DNA of 64,000 nucleotides. It comes from Holophagales bacterium. GTDB taxonomy: Bacteria; Acidobacteriota; Thermoanaerobaculia; Multivoradales; Multivoraceae. Of this stretch, positions 1 to 8,007 are shown one piece after another (position 1 is the first letter of the stretch; every line of letters starts with the position of its first letter). Below the pieces are notes generated by a model. That model was not told the DNA's origin and searched no databases. It was given only the letters and a program-made list of their open reading frames with translations. The stretch covers positions 13,497-77,496 of the forward strand of contig VXUF01000111.1 of NCBI GenBank assembly GCA_009837085.1, written 5' to 3'. Made by a program: the position numbers and the translations under genes.

Positions 1-1
1 G

Positions 2-712
2 CGCTGCTGGCAGTCGGGAGGTCACGGCCTCGTTGATCTGCGCGGAGCCCTGCAGCACTCCTGCGACATCTACTTCTACCGGCAGGGCATCAAGATCGGA
101 ATCGAGACGATTGCCGCCTATGCCCGCCGGCTGGGGCTCGGCGACCGAACGGGAGTCGAACTTCCCGGCGAAAGCGAGGGTCTCGTACCCGATCCCGAGT
201 GGAGCCGGGATCACCGGGGCTATCCGTGGTATCCGGGCGAGACGGTCTCGGTGGCGATAGGCCAGGGACCGTTGCTGACGTCGCCGTTGCAGGTGGCGGT
301 GATGACCGCCGCGGTGGCGAACGGCGGATTCCGCGTGCGCCCGCACCTGCTCGCGGGCGGCGGCGAGCCTCCGGAGCCGCTCGGCCTCGATCCAGAGGTG
401 GTCTCCTTCGTCGCGGAGGCGCTCGCCAATGTCGTCGAGAACGGAACCGGACGCAGTGCCAGGACGCCGGTGGTGGCCGTCGCGGGCAAGACGGGTACCG
501 CGCAGGTCGTCGCACAGGCGACCTGGACCCGCTCCGAGGACCTCCCGCCCGACCAGGCTGACCACGCCTGGTTCACCTCCTATGCTCCCGTGGAGGCGCC
601 CGAGCTGGTCGTCGTCGTGTTCGTCGAGAACGGCGGCAGGGGCTCGGAAGCGGCGGCGCCGCTGGCGAGAGAGATGCACGAGGGCTACTTCCGTGCTGCC
701 GCCAAGACCTGA
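2..712 (+). CDS. mrdA: Penicillin-binding protein 2 (class B transpeptidase), C-terminal part; 5' end lies outside the window
   Basis: Frame 2 is open from the window edge. Translation reads ...SCDIYFYRQG..., GETVSVAIGQGPLL and VAGKTGTAQV (KTG box). It is immediately followed by rodA. Confidence 0.9.
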   Translation, partial: RCWQSGGHGLVDLRGALQHSCDIYFYRQGIKIGIETIAAYARRLGLGDRTGVELPGESEGLVPDPEWSRDHRGYPWYPGETVSVAIGQGPLLTSPLQVAVMTAAVANGGFRVRPHLLAGGGEPPEPLGLDPEVVSFVAEALANVVENGTGRSARTPVVAVAGKTGTAQVVAQATWTRSEDLPPDQADHAWFTSYAPVEAPELVVVVFVENGGRGSEAAAPLAREMHEGYFRAAAKT

Positions 713-1808
713 TCCGTGGCCCCTGGTACGCCGGGTCCGGTCCGTTTCCTGGCTGCTCGGCGGATCGGCGCTTGCGTTGTCGGCGATCGGCCTGGTCGTC
801 ATCTCCAGCGCATCGGCGGACATGAGCACGGACTACGAGGTACGCCAGTCGGCGTGGATAGCGCTGGGTCTGCTGGTCATGGCGGCGGCGGCGGCGGTCG
901 ACTACTCGTTCCTGCTCCGCTACGCCTTCTGGATCTACCTGGCGGCGGTCGCGGCGTTGGCGGCGGTGACCTTCTTCGGCCACGAGGCGGGCGGGGCCCG
1001 GAGCTGGATCGGGATCGGCGGTTTCGGCGGTCAGCCGTCGGACTTCTGCAAGATCGCGACGGTCCTCCTGCTGGCCCGTCACATGGCGGAGGCGCAGGCG
1101 CCGGTCGCGCCTCGCGGATGGCTGTGGACCGCATCGGCGTTCGTCGTCCTGCCCGTGCTGCTGATCGCACTGCAGCCGGACATGGGCGGCGCCTTGATGT
1201 TCGTGCCCATGCTCGGCGCGATGGCCATTGTCGCCGGCGTCAGACTCCGTTCCGCTCTGATCGCGCTGGGCGTGGCCGCGGTGGTCGCTGGCGCCATCTG
1301 GGTCTTCGCCCTGCAGGACTACCAGAAGGACCGTCTGTCGAGCTTCTTCAGGCCCCACGCGGATCCGCTCGGCTCGGGATACCAGGTGCGCCAGAGCCGC
1401 ATCGCCATCGGGTCGGGCCAGATGCTTGGCAAGGGATACGGCGAGGGCACTCAGTCGAATCTGCAGTTCCTGCCGACGCCTCACACGGACTTCGTGTTCG
1501 CCGTGCTGGGCGAGGAGTACGGCTTCATGGGCGTCACCGTCGTGCTGGGGTTGCTCCTCCTCTACCTGGGGAACGGCGTGCGCGTGGCCCTGGCGGCACG
1601 AGACCCGGCCGGCATGCTGCTCGTCGTCGGCCTGCTCGCCTTCATGGCGGGACACGTTCTCTACAATACGGCGATGGTGGTCGGCCTGCTTCCGATCACC
1701 GGCATCCCGCTGCCCTTCCTCAGCTACGGCGGCTCCTTCATGCTCTTCTGTTGTGCGGCCACCGGGTTGATGATCGGCCTCGACATACGGCGGTTCGTCA
1801 ACATCTGA
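693..1808 (+). CDS. rodA: Peptidoglycan glycosyltransferase RodA (SEDS family)
   Basis: Multi-TM protein with GYQVRQSRIAIGSGQMLGKGYGEGTQ, LPTPHTDFVFAVLGEEYGF and PLPFLSYGGS. The ORF-track start at 429 overlaps mrdA too far. In-frame GTG at 693 (20-nt overlap with mrdA) is the best start, but it is uncertain. Confidence 0.88.
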   Translation: MLPPRPDPWPLVRRVRSVSWLLGGSALALSAIGLVVISSASADMSTDYEVRQSAWIALGLLVMAAAAAVDYSFLLRYAFWIYLAAVAALAAVTFFGHEAGGARSWIGIGGFGGQPSDFCKIATVLLLARHMAEAQAPVAPRGWLWTASAFVVLPVLLIALQPDMGGALMFVPMLGAMAIVAGVRLRSALIALGVAAVVAGAIWVFALQDYQKDRLSSFFRPHADPLGSGYQVRQSRIAIGSGQMLGKGYGEGTQSNLQFLPTPHTDFVFAVLGEEYGFMGVTVVLGLLLLYLGNGVRVALAARDPAGMLLVVGLLAFMAGHVLYNTAMVVGLLPITGIPLPFLSYGGSFMLFCCAATGLMIGLDIRRFVNI

Positions 1809-1836
1809 GCCGTCCACGGCGGCCGCCGGCAGCAAG

Positions 1837-3315
1837 ATGAACAGGGAGCTTCTGGTCGAAGGGGATCCGCACCAGACCCGCCTCGCCGTCCTGGAGGCCG
1901 GCCGGCTGGTGGAGTTCTTCGTCGAGCGCCATCGGGGCCGCGGTCTCGCCGGCAACATCTACAAGGGAAGGGTACGGCGGGTTCTTCCCGGCATGAGGGC
2001 CGCGTTCGTCGACCTGGGGCTGGAGCGGGACGGCTACCTGTACCTCGAGGAGATGGAGGGTGCCGGGTCCGGAGCGCCCGGCGAAGACGGCCGGCGGAGT
2101 AGCGGCGGCATCGCGCGCCGGGGCGGCGAAGTCCTCGTTCAGATCGCCAGGGAGGGACTGGCGGACAAGGGACCGCGGGTCACCACCGAGATCACGCTTC
2201 CCGGCCGCTACCTGGTGCTGACGCCTCTGGCCGGTCGGCTGGGGATTTCCCGGCGGATCGAGGATCCGGACGAACGGACGCGGCTGAGGACGATGGCCCT
2301 GGAACTGTGTGGCGATGCGCTCGAAGAGGCGGGTTGCATCGTGCGCACGGCCGCGGCGGGGGCGCCGGCGGAAGACCTCGCGAGGGAGTACGAAGTCCTC
2401 GCGGACCTCTGGCGGGAGATCGAGGGGCGGGTGGCCGCGTACGCGGCTCCGGCGCTGATCCACCAGGAGGAAGAACTCGCGGTACGGGTGATTCGCGACC
2501 ATTTCGGGGAGGAGTTTGGCGCCCTGCTGGTCGATGGCTCCGATGCGTACCGGGTCATCCGCCACTACCTCGGGCGGGTCCAGCCGGAACTCCTGACGAG
2601 GCTTGAGCGGAGCCGCCGCGGACTGTTCGATCGTTACCGCATAGACGACGGCGTCGACGCCGCGCTGGAGCCGAAGGCGCCGTTACCGTCCGGCGGCCAC
2701 CTGGTCATCAACCAGACCGAGGCATTGGTGGCCATCGACGTGAACTCCGGCCGGGACGTCGGCGCCGTCGGTGGTGAGGGGAGTTTTCGCGACACCGTCC
2801 TGCGAACCAATCTCGAGGCGGTCGCGGAGGCCGTCCGCCAGATCCGGCTGCGGGATCTGTCCGGCATCCTCGTCATCGACCTGATCGACATGGAGCACGA
2901 AGAGGATCGGCGCAGGGTTTTCGAGCGGCTCGAGGCGGAACTGCGGAAGGACCGCGCCCGGAAACGGGTGCTCGAGATCTCGGAGTTCGGTCTGGTTCAG
3001 CTCACCCGTCAACGGCGTCGCGAGAACCTGGAGCGGGCGCTCACGGGGCCCTGCCCGACCTGCCGGGGCCGGGGCCGGATCAAGTCCGTCGCGACGATCT
3101 GCCTGGAGTTGAGGCGAACCTGCCTGGCGCATGCCGGTCGCGGCTGCCGCCAGGTGGCGGTGCGGGTTCACCCGGCGGTTCTGGACGGGCTGAAGGGGTC
3201 CGAGTCGGACGTGCTGGACGGGATGCAGGGAGCGTTCGACGTGCCCATCCTGCTTCGGGCGGATCCGGACCTGCATCGGGAGCACTTCGTCGTCACCGAG
3301 ATCGAAGGCTCTTGA
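1837..3315 (+). CDS. rng: Ribonuclease G (RNase E/G family)
   Basis: N-terminal S1 domain (NIYKGRVRRVLPGMRAAFVDLGLERDGYL) and catalytic region EALVAIDVNSG. The 492-aa size fits RNase G rather than RNase E. Confidence 0.88.
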   Translation: MNRELLVEGDPHQTRLAVLEAGRLVEFFVERHRGRGLAGNIYKGRVRRVLPGMRAAFVDLGLERDGYLYLEEMEGAGSGAPGEDGRRSSGGIARRGGEVLVQIAREGLADKGPRVTTEITLPGRYLVLTPLAGRLGISRRIEDPDERTRLRTMALELCGDALEEAGCIVRTAAAGAPAEDLAREYEVLADLWREIEGRVAAYAAPALIHQEEELAVRVIRDHFGEEFGALLVDGSDAYRVIRHYLGRVQPELLTRLERSRRGLFDRYRIDDGVDAALEPKAPLPSGGHLVINQTEALVAIDVNSGRDVGAVGGEGSFRDTVLRTNLEAVAEAVRQIRLRDLSGILVIDLIDMEHEEDRRRVFERLEAELRKDRARKRVLEISEFGLVQLTRQRRRENLERALTGPCPTCRGRGRIKSVATICLELRRTCLAHAGRGCRQVAVRVHPAVLDGLKGSESDVLDGMQGAFDVPILLRADPDLHREHFVVTEIEGS

Positions 3316-5540
3316 CCGCCGAGGCCGAAGGACCGGAGCGCCGGTTCGAGTACGAAGACCTCAGAGGCGCGGTCGCCCCGTCAGCGGCGGACGGGGACCC
3401 GGGCGCCGGCTTCGAGGAGACCCTGCGCCGGTTGCTCGACCCCGGGAGCGCCCGGCGCAGCCTGCACTGGGGCCGCAGCTATCTCTACGAAGCCCGGTGG
3501 CGGCTGGCCGCAGAGGCGGGCGAGGCGGCCGTGGTCGTCAAGCAGTTCCGCCACGACGATCTGCGGGCGCGGCTACGCCGACGCCGGCGCGGCACTCGAG
3601 CTCGCCTGAGCTTCCGGGCCGCGCGACGGCTCCGTCGCCTCGGCATCTCGACGCCCGAACCCCTCCTCTACGCGGAATCGAAGACGATCGACGGCCCCGC
3701 CTGGTACGTTTGCCGGCTGGTGCCGGACGCGCTGGAGCTGCGCTACGTCCTGCGCGCCCTGAACGCCGGTGTCGCACCGGAGCAGTTTCCCGGAATCCAC
3801 GGCCCGACTCTGTTGCGGCGGGTCGGCGCGCTGGCGGCGGAGCTGCACCGCCACGGCGTCTGGTTCAGGGATCTGACCGCCGGCAATGTTCTCCTGTCGG
3901 AGCCGACCACCGATGCCGAGCTGTTCCTCGTCGACCTGAACCGCGCCCGTTTCCGGCGACGGCTGTCGACCAGTCAGCGGCTGCGGGACCTCAGCCGGAT
4001 GCCGGTGCTGCGGCAGGCGGACCGGGCCGAGTACCTTGCCGGCTACCGGCCGGGCGGCCTGTCGCGGCTTCAACGGATCTGGTTCGAGGCCTGCCACCAG
4101 GGCTTCCGTTTCAAGTTGGGATCGAAGCAGGGGGCGCGCCGGGGCTTGCGGCGCCTGTCCGATCTCCTGCTGCCACGCCGCCGCGCCCACCCCCATGTCC
4201 CCGAGGCGGAACGGGGAGCCACCACCACGGAGCGCACGGTCTGGGATCCGCTGACCGACCAGCCGCATCAGCAGGCCACTCGCGGCCAGCGCCTCGGCGT
4301 GCGCCTGCGCGACGCCGGCCACCACGCGCGGCCGCTGCTTCGATCGGCCGTGCCGCTGGCGCTGTCGGTCGCGGAGGCGCGTCGAGCGCGGCGTGTTCTC
4401 GACCGCGCGCCGGCGCCGGTCCGCTTCGGCGGCCTTGGCGTCGCGGTCGGTCCCGGCTCGGCTCCCGTCTCCTCCCTGGCCGGTGCGATCGACGATCTCC
4501 GGGTCGACACCGTACTCCTGCGCTTCCACCTCTGGCAGGGCGTGGACCCCGGCCTGGTGGAACTGGCGCGAACCCTCCGCTGCCGCGAGCGGCCGGTCGA
4601 CCTCGTGTTCCAGTTGAGCCAGGACCGCTCGCTGGTGCGGGACGGCGGGTTGTGGCGGCTGCGGGTCGAGGAGGCGGCGGCCGCGCTCGCGCCCTTCGGG
4701 CGCAGGTTCCTGATCGGTCAGGCGCCCAATCGCAGCAAGTGGGGCGTGTGGCGGCCCGCGGACTACTGGAACTTGCTGGCGGCAGGTGCGGAAGCGGTAC
4801 GGACTGAGTGCCCGGACGCCTGCGTTCTCGCCCCCGCGGTGATCGACTTCGAGCCTCACGCTACAGCCGCATTGATCCACTCGGGCTCGGCCGAGCGCCG
4901 CTTCGACGTTCTGGCGAGCCAGCTCTACGTCGACCGGCGGGGCGCCCCGGAAAACCGCCAGCTCGGTTTCGACCTGGCCGGCAAGCTGGCCGTCCTGAAC
5001 TCCCTGGCGCGGAGGGCCCCGGACTGCGCGTCGGGTCGGAGCTGGATCACCGAATTCAACTGGCCGCTCGCGGAGGGTCCGCATGCGCCCGCGGGCCGCG
5101 ATGTCGCGGTGGACGAGGACGCCCAGGCCAGCTACCTGGTCCGCTATGCGCTGGAGGCCCTGGGTAGCGGTCTGGCGGAGCGCGTCTACTGGTGGCAGTT
5201 GGCGGCAGCGGGCTACGGCCTGCTCGATCCCCGGGGCGACGGCCTCCGGCAGCGTCCGGCCTATCGCGCGCTGCGGCAGCTCCAGCGCGAGCTGGCAGGT
5301 GCGGAGGTCCTGCGCATACGGATGCCGTCAGGGCTACGTGGGTACCGGGCGCTTCAGGAAGGCCGCGACACCCGGGTCGTGTGGGCGTCGGGTGGCCGCG
5401 GTGGCTCCTACAGGCCTCAGGGGGAGGTGCGCGCGGTGCGGGACCGGGACGGCCGGAAGCTCGACCGGGTTCCCGCGGCGCTCAGCGGAGCGCCCGTGTA
5501 TCTCGAGTGCGAGGCCGGCGGCTCGGCCGGCGGAACGTAA
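3312..5540 (+). CDS. Two-domain protein: N-terminal lipopolysaccharide kinase (Kdo/WaaP family)-like domain fused to a C-terminal clan GH-A-like (TIM-barrel glycosidase-like) domain
   Basis: Kinase part: VVVKQFRHDD...RARLSFRAARRL..GISTPEPL, HGVWFRDLTAGNVLL, FLVDLNRARF. C-terminal part: WITEFNWP (nucleophile-Glu context), YWWQL. TTG start overlaps the rng stop (TTGA). Confidence 0.7.
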   Translation: MTAEAEGPERRFEYEDLRGAVAPSAADGDPGAGFEETLRRLLDPGSARRSLHWGRSYLYEARWRLAAEAGEAAVVVKQFRHDDLRARLRRRRRGTRARLSFRAARRLRRLGISTPEPLLYAESKTIDGPAWYVCRLVPDALELRYVLRALNAGVAPEQFPGIHGPTLLRRVGALAAELHRHGVWFRDLTAGNVLLSEPTTDAELFLVDLNRARFRRRLSTSQRLRDLSRMPVLRQADRAEYLAGYRPGGLSRLQRIWFEACHQGFRFKLGSKQGARRGLRRLSDLLLPRRRAHPHVPEAERGATTTERTVWDPLTDQPHQQATRGQRLGVRLRDAGHHARPLLRSAVPLALSVAEARRARRVLDRAPAPVRFGGLGVAVGPGSAPVSSLAGAIDDLRVDTVLLRFHLWQGVDPGLVELARTLRCRERPVDLVFQLSQDRSLVRDGGLWRLRVEEAAAALAPFGRRFLIGQAPNRSKWGVWRPADYWNLLAAGAEAVRTECPDACVLAPAVIDFEPHATAALIHSGSAERRFDVLASQLYVDRRGAPENRQLGFDLAGKLAVLNSLARRAPDCASGRSWITEFNWPLAEGPHAPAGRDVAVDEDAQASYLVRYALEALGSGLAERVYWWQLAAAGYGLLDPRGDGLRQRPAYRALRQLQRELAGAEVLRIRMPSGLRGYRALQEGRDTRVVWASGGRGGSYRPQGEVRAVRDRDGRKLDRVPAALSGAPVYLECEAGGSAGGT

Positions 5541-5541
5541 G

Positions 5542-6354
5542 ATGCTCGCGGCAATGGTCGAAGTGGCCCGATCGCTGGTCCGCTACCGCAGCCTGCTCTG
5601 GACCCTGGTCATGCGGGAGCTGCGCGCGCGCTACCGGGGAAGCGTCCTGGGCTTCCTGTGGTCTCTGCTCAATCCGCTCCTGCTGCTCGCCGTCTACTCC
5701 TTCGTGTTCGGCATGATCCTGAAGCGCTCGGACCTCGTGGCCGTCGAGCCCTACGGCGTGTTTCTCGTGACCGGTCTGTTCCCCTGGATCTGGGTCTCCA
5801 CCTCGTTGCTGGAGGGCTGCACGTCCCTCACGGCCAACGGCGGCCTGATCCGGAAGGCGGTGTTTCCGGTCGAAGTGCTGCCGGCGGTGGCGGTGACGGC
5901 GAACCTCGTGCACTTCCTCCTGGCGCTGCCGATCGTCGGAGTCGCGCTGGTCGCCGGCCGCCTGCTCGGCTATCCGATCTCCGGCTGGACGGCCGTCCTC
6001 CTGCCGGCCGTGCTGGCGATCGAGCTGGTCATGGTCGCCGGCCTCGCCTTCGCGCTGGCGGCTCTCTGCGTCCACTTCAAGGACGTGCGGGATCTCCTCG
6101 GCAATCTGCTCGTCCTGGCGTTCTTCCTGGCGCCGATCATCTACACGCTGAGCGACCTGCCGCCGCAGTTCGCGAGCGTGGTGCAACTGAACCCGATGAC
6201 TTCGTTCACCACCGCGACCCAGGACCTTCTGTTCTTCGGCCGCCTGCCCGAACTCCAGGTGTGGGCGATCATGGCCGCGATCGCCGCCGTGTCATGGGTG
6301 GTCGGCGCCGGCCTCTTCTCGCGCCTCTCAGACACCCTGGCCGAGGCGGTCTGA
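5542..6354 (+). CDS. wzm: ABC-2 type polysaccharide/O-antigen exporter permease (Wzm/TagG-like)
   Basis: YRSLLWTLVMRELRARYRGSVLGFLWSLLNPLL followed by 6 predicted TM segments. ATG at 5542 lies 1 nt after the upstream stop. The ORF-track extension back to 5083 is an alternative frame of the upstream gene. Confidence 0.85.
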   Translation: MLAAMVEVARSLVRYRSLLWTLVMRELRARYRGSVLGFLWSLLNPLLLLAVYSFVFGMILKRSDLVAVEPYGVFLVTGLFPWIWVSTSLLEGCTSLTANGGLIRKAVFPVEVLPAVAVTANLVHFLLALPIVGVALVAGRLLGYPISGWTAVLLPAVLAIELVMVAGLAFALAALCVHFKDVRDLLGNLLVLAFFLAPIIYTLSDLPPQFASVVQLNPMTSFTTATQDLLFFGRLPELQVWAIMAAIAAVSWVVGAGLFSRLSDTLAEAV

Positions 6355-6355
6355 G

Positions 6356-7696
6356 TTGAGTCCGCCGGCAGTCGCGGCGAGCGGCCTGTGCAAGCGCTAC
6401 CGGCGCGCCGCCGGCGGCTACCGGCTGCGGACGCTGAAGAGCGCACTGCTCGAGGGCAGCCTGACTGGTGGACTCGAGTCGGGCGAAGTCGTCGAGGCCC
6501 TGACCGACGTCAGTTTCGAGGTCGCCGCCGGGGAGGCGGTGGGGATCATCGGCGGCAACGGTTCGGGCAAGTCGACGCTGATCAAGCTGGTGGCCGGCCT
6601 GCTGCCGCCGACCTCCGGGGAACTCTCGGTGAACGGCCGGGTCGCGGCCCTGATCGAACTCGGCGCGGGCTTTCATCCCGAGATCTCCGGCCGCGAGAAC
6701 ATCTTCATCAACGGGGCGCTGCTCGGACTGAGCCGGCGCCGGATCGAGCAGCGCTACGACGACATCGTGGAGTTCGCGGGCCTCGGCGACTTCATCGAAG
6801 AGCCGATCAAGTACTACTCCTCCGGCATGTACGTCCGGCTCGGCTTCTCAGTCGCCATTCACACCGACCCGGAAGTCCTCCTGGTCGACGAGGTCCTCGC
6901 GGTCGGCGACGAAGAGTTCGTCCACCGTTGCCTGGCGCGGATCGAGGAGCACCTGGCCGGCGGCGGCACCCTGCTCGTGGTCAGCCACACGATGACGCTG
7001 ATCGACGAGATCTGCGACCGGGCGATGTGGCTGGACGGCGGCCGGATCCGGGGCCTGGGGTCGACGCGACGGGTGATCGACGCTTACCTGGAGTCGGTGG
7101 CGGCGCGCGAAGGCGAGGCCCACGACCGCCGCCGCCTGTCGGACGAAGGCGGAAAGGACCCGGCGGTGACCGCGGACGCTGCTGAAGAGGTCGCGCGCTG
7201 GGGCTCGGGCGAGGCCGAAATCGTGGCGGTGCGCCTGCTGGCCGGCGAGGAGCGGCAGGAGCGCTACCACGTCCACTGCGGGGAAGCGGTGGCCTTCGAA
7301 CTCGACGTCGAGCCGAAGGAGGACTTGTCCGACTTCGTCTTCGGCGTCGGCGTCAAGACCCCGCGGGGCGTCGACTGCTGGGGCACGAACACCGATCTGG
7401 CCGGCTACGAGCCGCGCTCTCTGGCCGGGCCGGTGCGGGTCCGGCTCGTCTGTCCGGAGCTGCGGTTGGCGCCGGGCGAGTACACGGTGGATGTCGCGGT
7501 TCACGCTCGCGACGGCAGGGCGTACGATTACCGCCGCCGGGCGCTCCGGTTCACGGTGGCGGAGAGCACACAGCTCAGGAGCATCGGCCTCTACCTGCCC
7601 GACCATGAGTGGCAGGTGGAGACGATGGGCGCGCGGACCGACATCGACTGGCTCTCGCCCGGCCGTCAGGCCGGAGACCAACGGAGAATCGAATGA
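6356..7696 (+). CDS. wzt: Polysaccharide/O-antigen ABC exporter ATP-binding protein with C-terminal Wzt-type glycan-binding domain
   Basis: Walker A GGNGSGKST, signature YSSGM, Walker B LLVDEV. An extra ~190-aa beta-rich C-terminal domain is present (EIVAVRLL..., GEYTVDVAVH...). TTG start lies 1 nt after the wzm stop. Confidence 0.88.
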   Translation: MSPPAVAASGLCKRYRRAAGGYRLRTLKSALLEGSLTGGLESGEVVEALTDVSFEVAAGEAVGIIGGNGSGKSTLIKLVAGLLPPTSGELSVNGRVAALIELGAGFHPEISGRENIFINGALLGLSRRRIEQRYDDIVEFAGLGDFIEEPIKYYSSGMYVRLGFSVAIHTDPEVLLVDEVLAVGDEEFVHRCLARIEEHLAGGGTLLVVSHTMTLIDEICDRAMWLDGGRIRGLGSTRRVIDAYLESVAAREGEAHDRRRLSDEGGKDPAVTADAAEEVARWGSGEAEIVAVRLLAGEERQERYHVHCGEAVAFELDVEPKEDLSDFVFGVGVKTPRGVDCWGTNTDLAGYEPRSLAGPVRVRLVCPELRLAPGEYTVDVAVHARDGRAYDYRRRALRFTVAESTQLRSIGLYLPDHEWQVETMGARTDIDWLSPGRQAGDQRRIE

Positions 7697-8007
7697 GCGA
7701 CCAACCCAAGGAAGTACCGGGCGACCAGGATCCGTCCTCGTCGATCAACGTCAAGATCGGCGACGCCGAACTCAAGGGTGCCTATTCCAACCTGCTGCGC
7801 ATCACCCACACCCGCGAGGAGTTCATCCTCGACTTCATCAACGTGGTTCCGCCTCAGGGCATCGTCAGCGCCCGGATCGTGACCAGCCCCGGGCATCTCA
7901 AGCGGATCATCCGCGCCCTGGGCACGAACCTGCGGCGCTATGAAGAGGTCCACGGGGTGATCGAGGAGGCGCCCGACCCGACGGACGTGTCCGGCCGCGT
8001 CAACTGA
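7693..8007 (+). CDS. DUF3467-like small protein
   Basis: 104 aa with YSNLLRITHTREEFILDFINVVP...ARIVTSPGHLKRI. ATG overlaps the wzt stop (ATGA). The 3' end overlaps the convergent fadD 3' end by 8 nt. Confidence 0.7.
   Translation: MSDQPKEVPGDQDPSSSINVKIGDAELKGAYSNLLRITHTREEFILDFINVVPPQGIVSARIVTSPGHLKRIIRALGTNLRRYEEVHGVIEEAPDPTDVSGRVN

Noticed and set aside
573-1958. 461-aa ORF antisense to rodA, plus similar long ORFs at 716-1840 (+) and 877-1170 (-)
   Set aside because: The translation is Arg/Pro/Gly/Asp-rich and low-complexity with no family motifs. It fully overlaps the well-supported rodA frame, so it is a typical GC-driven shadow ORF.
3573-5084. 503-aa antisense ORF and 436-aa alternative-frame ORF (3497-4807) over the kinase/GH-like gene
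   Set aside because: Shadow ORFs with Arg/Ala/Pro/Gly composition. The sense frame carries recognisable kinase and barrel motifs.
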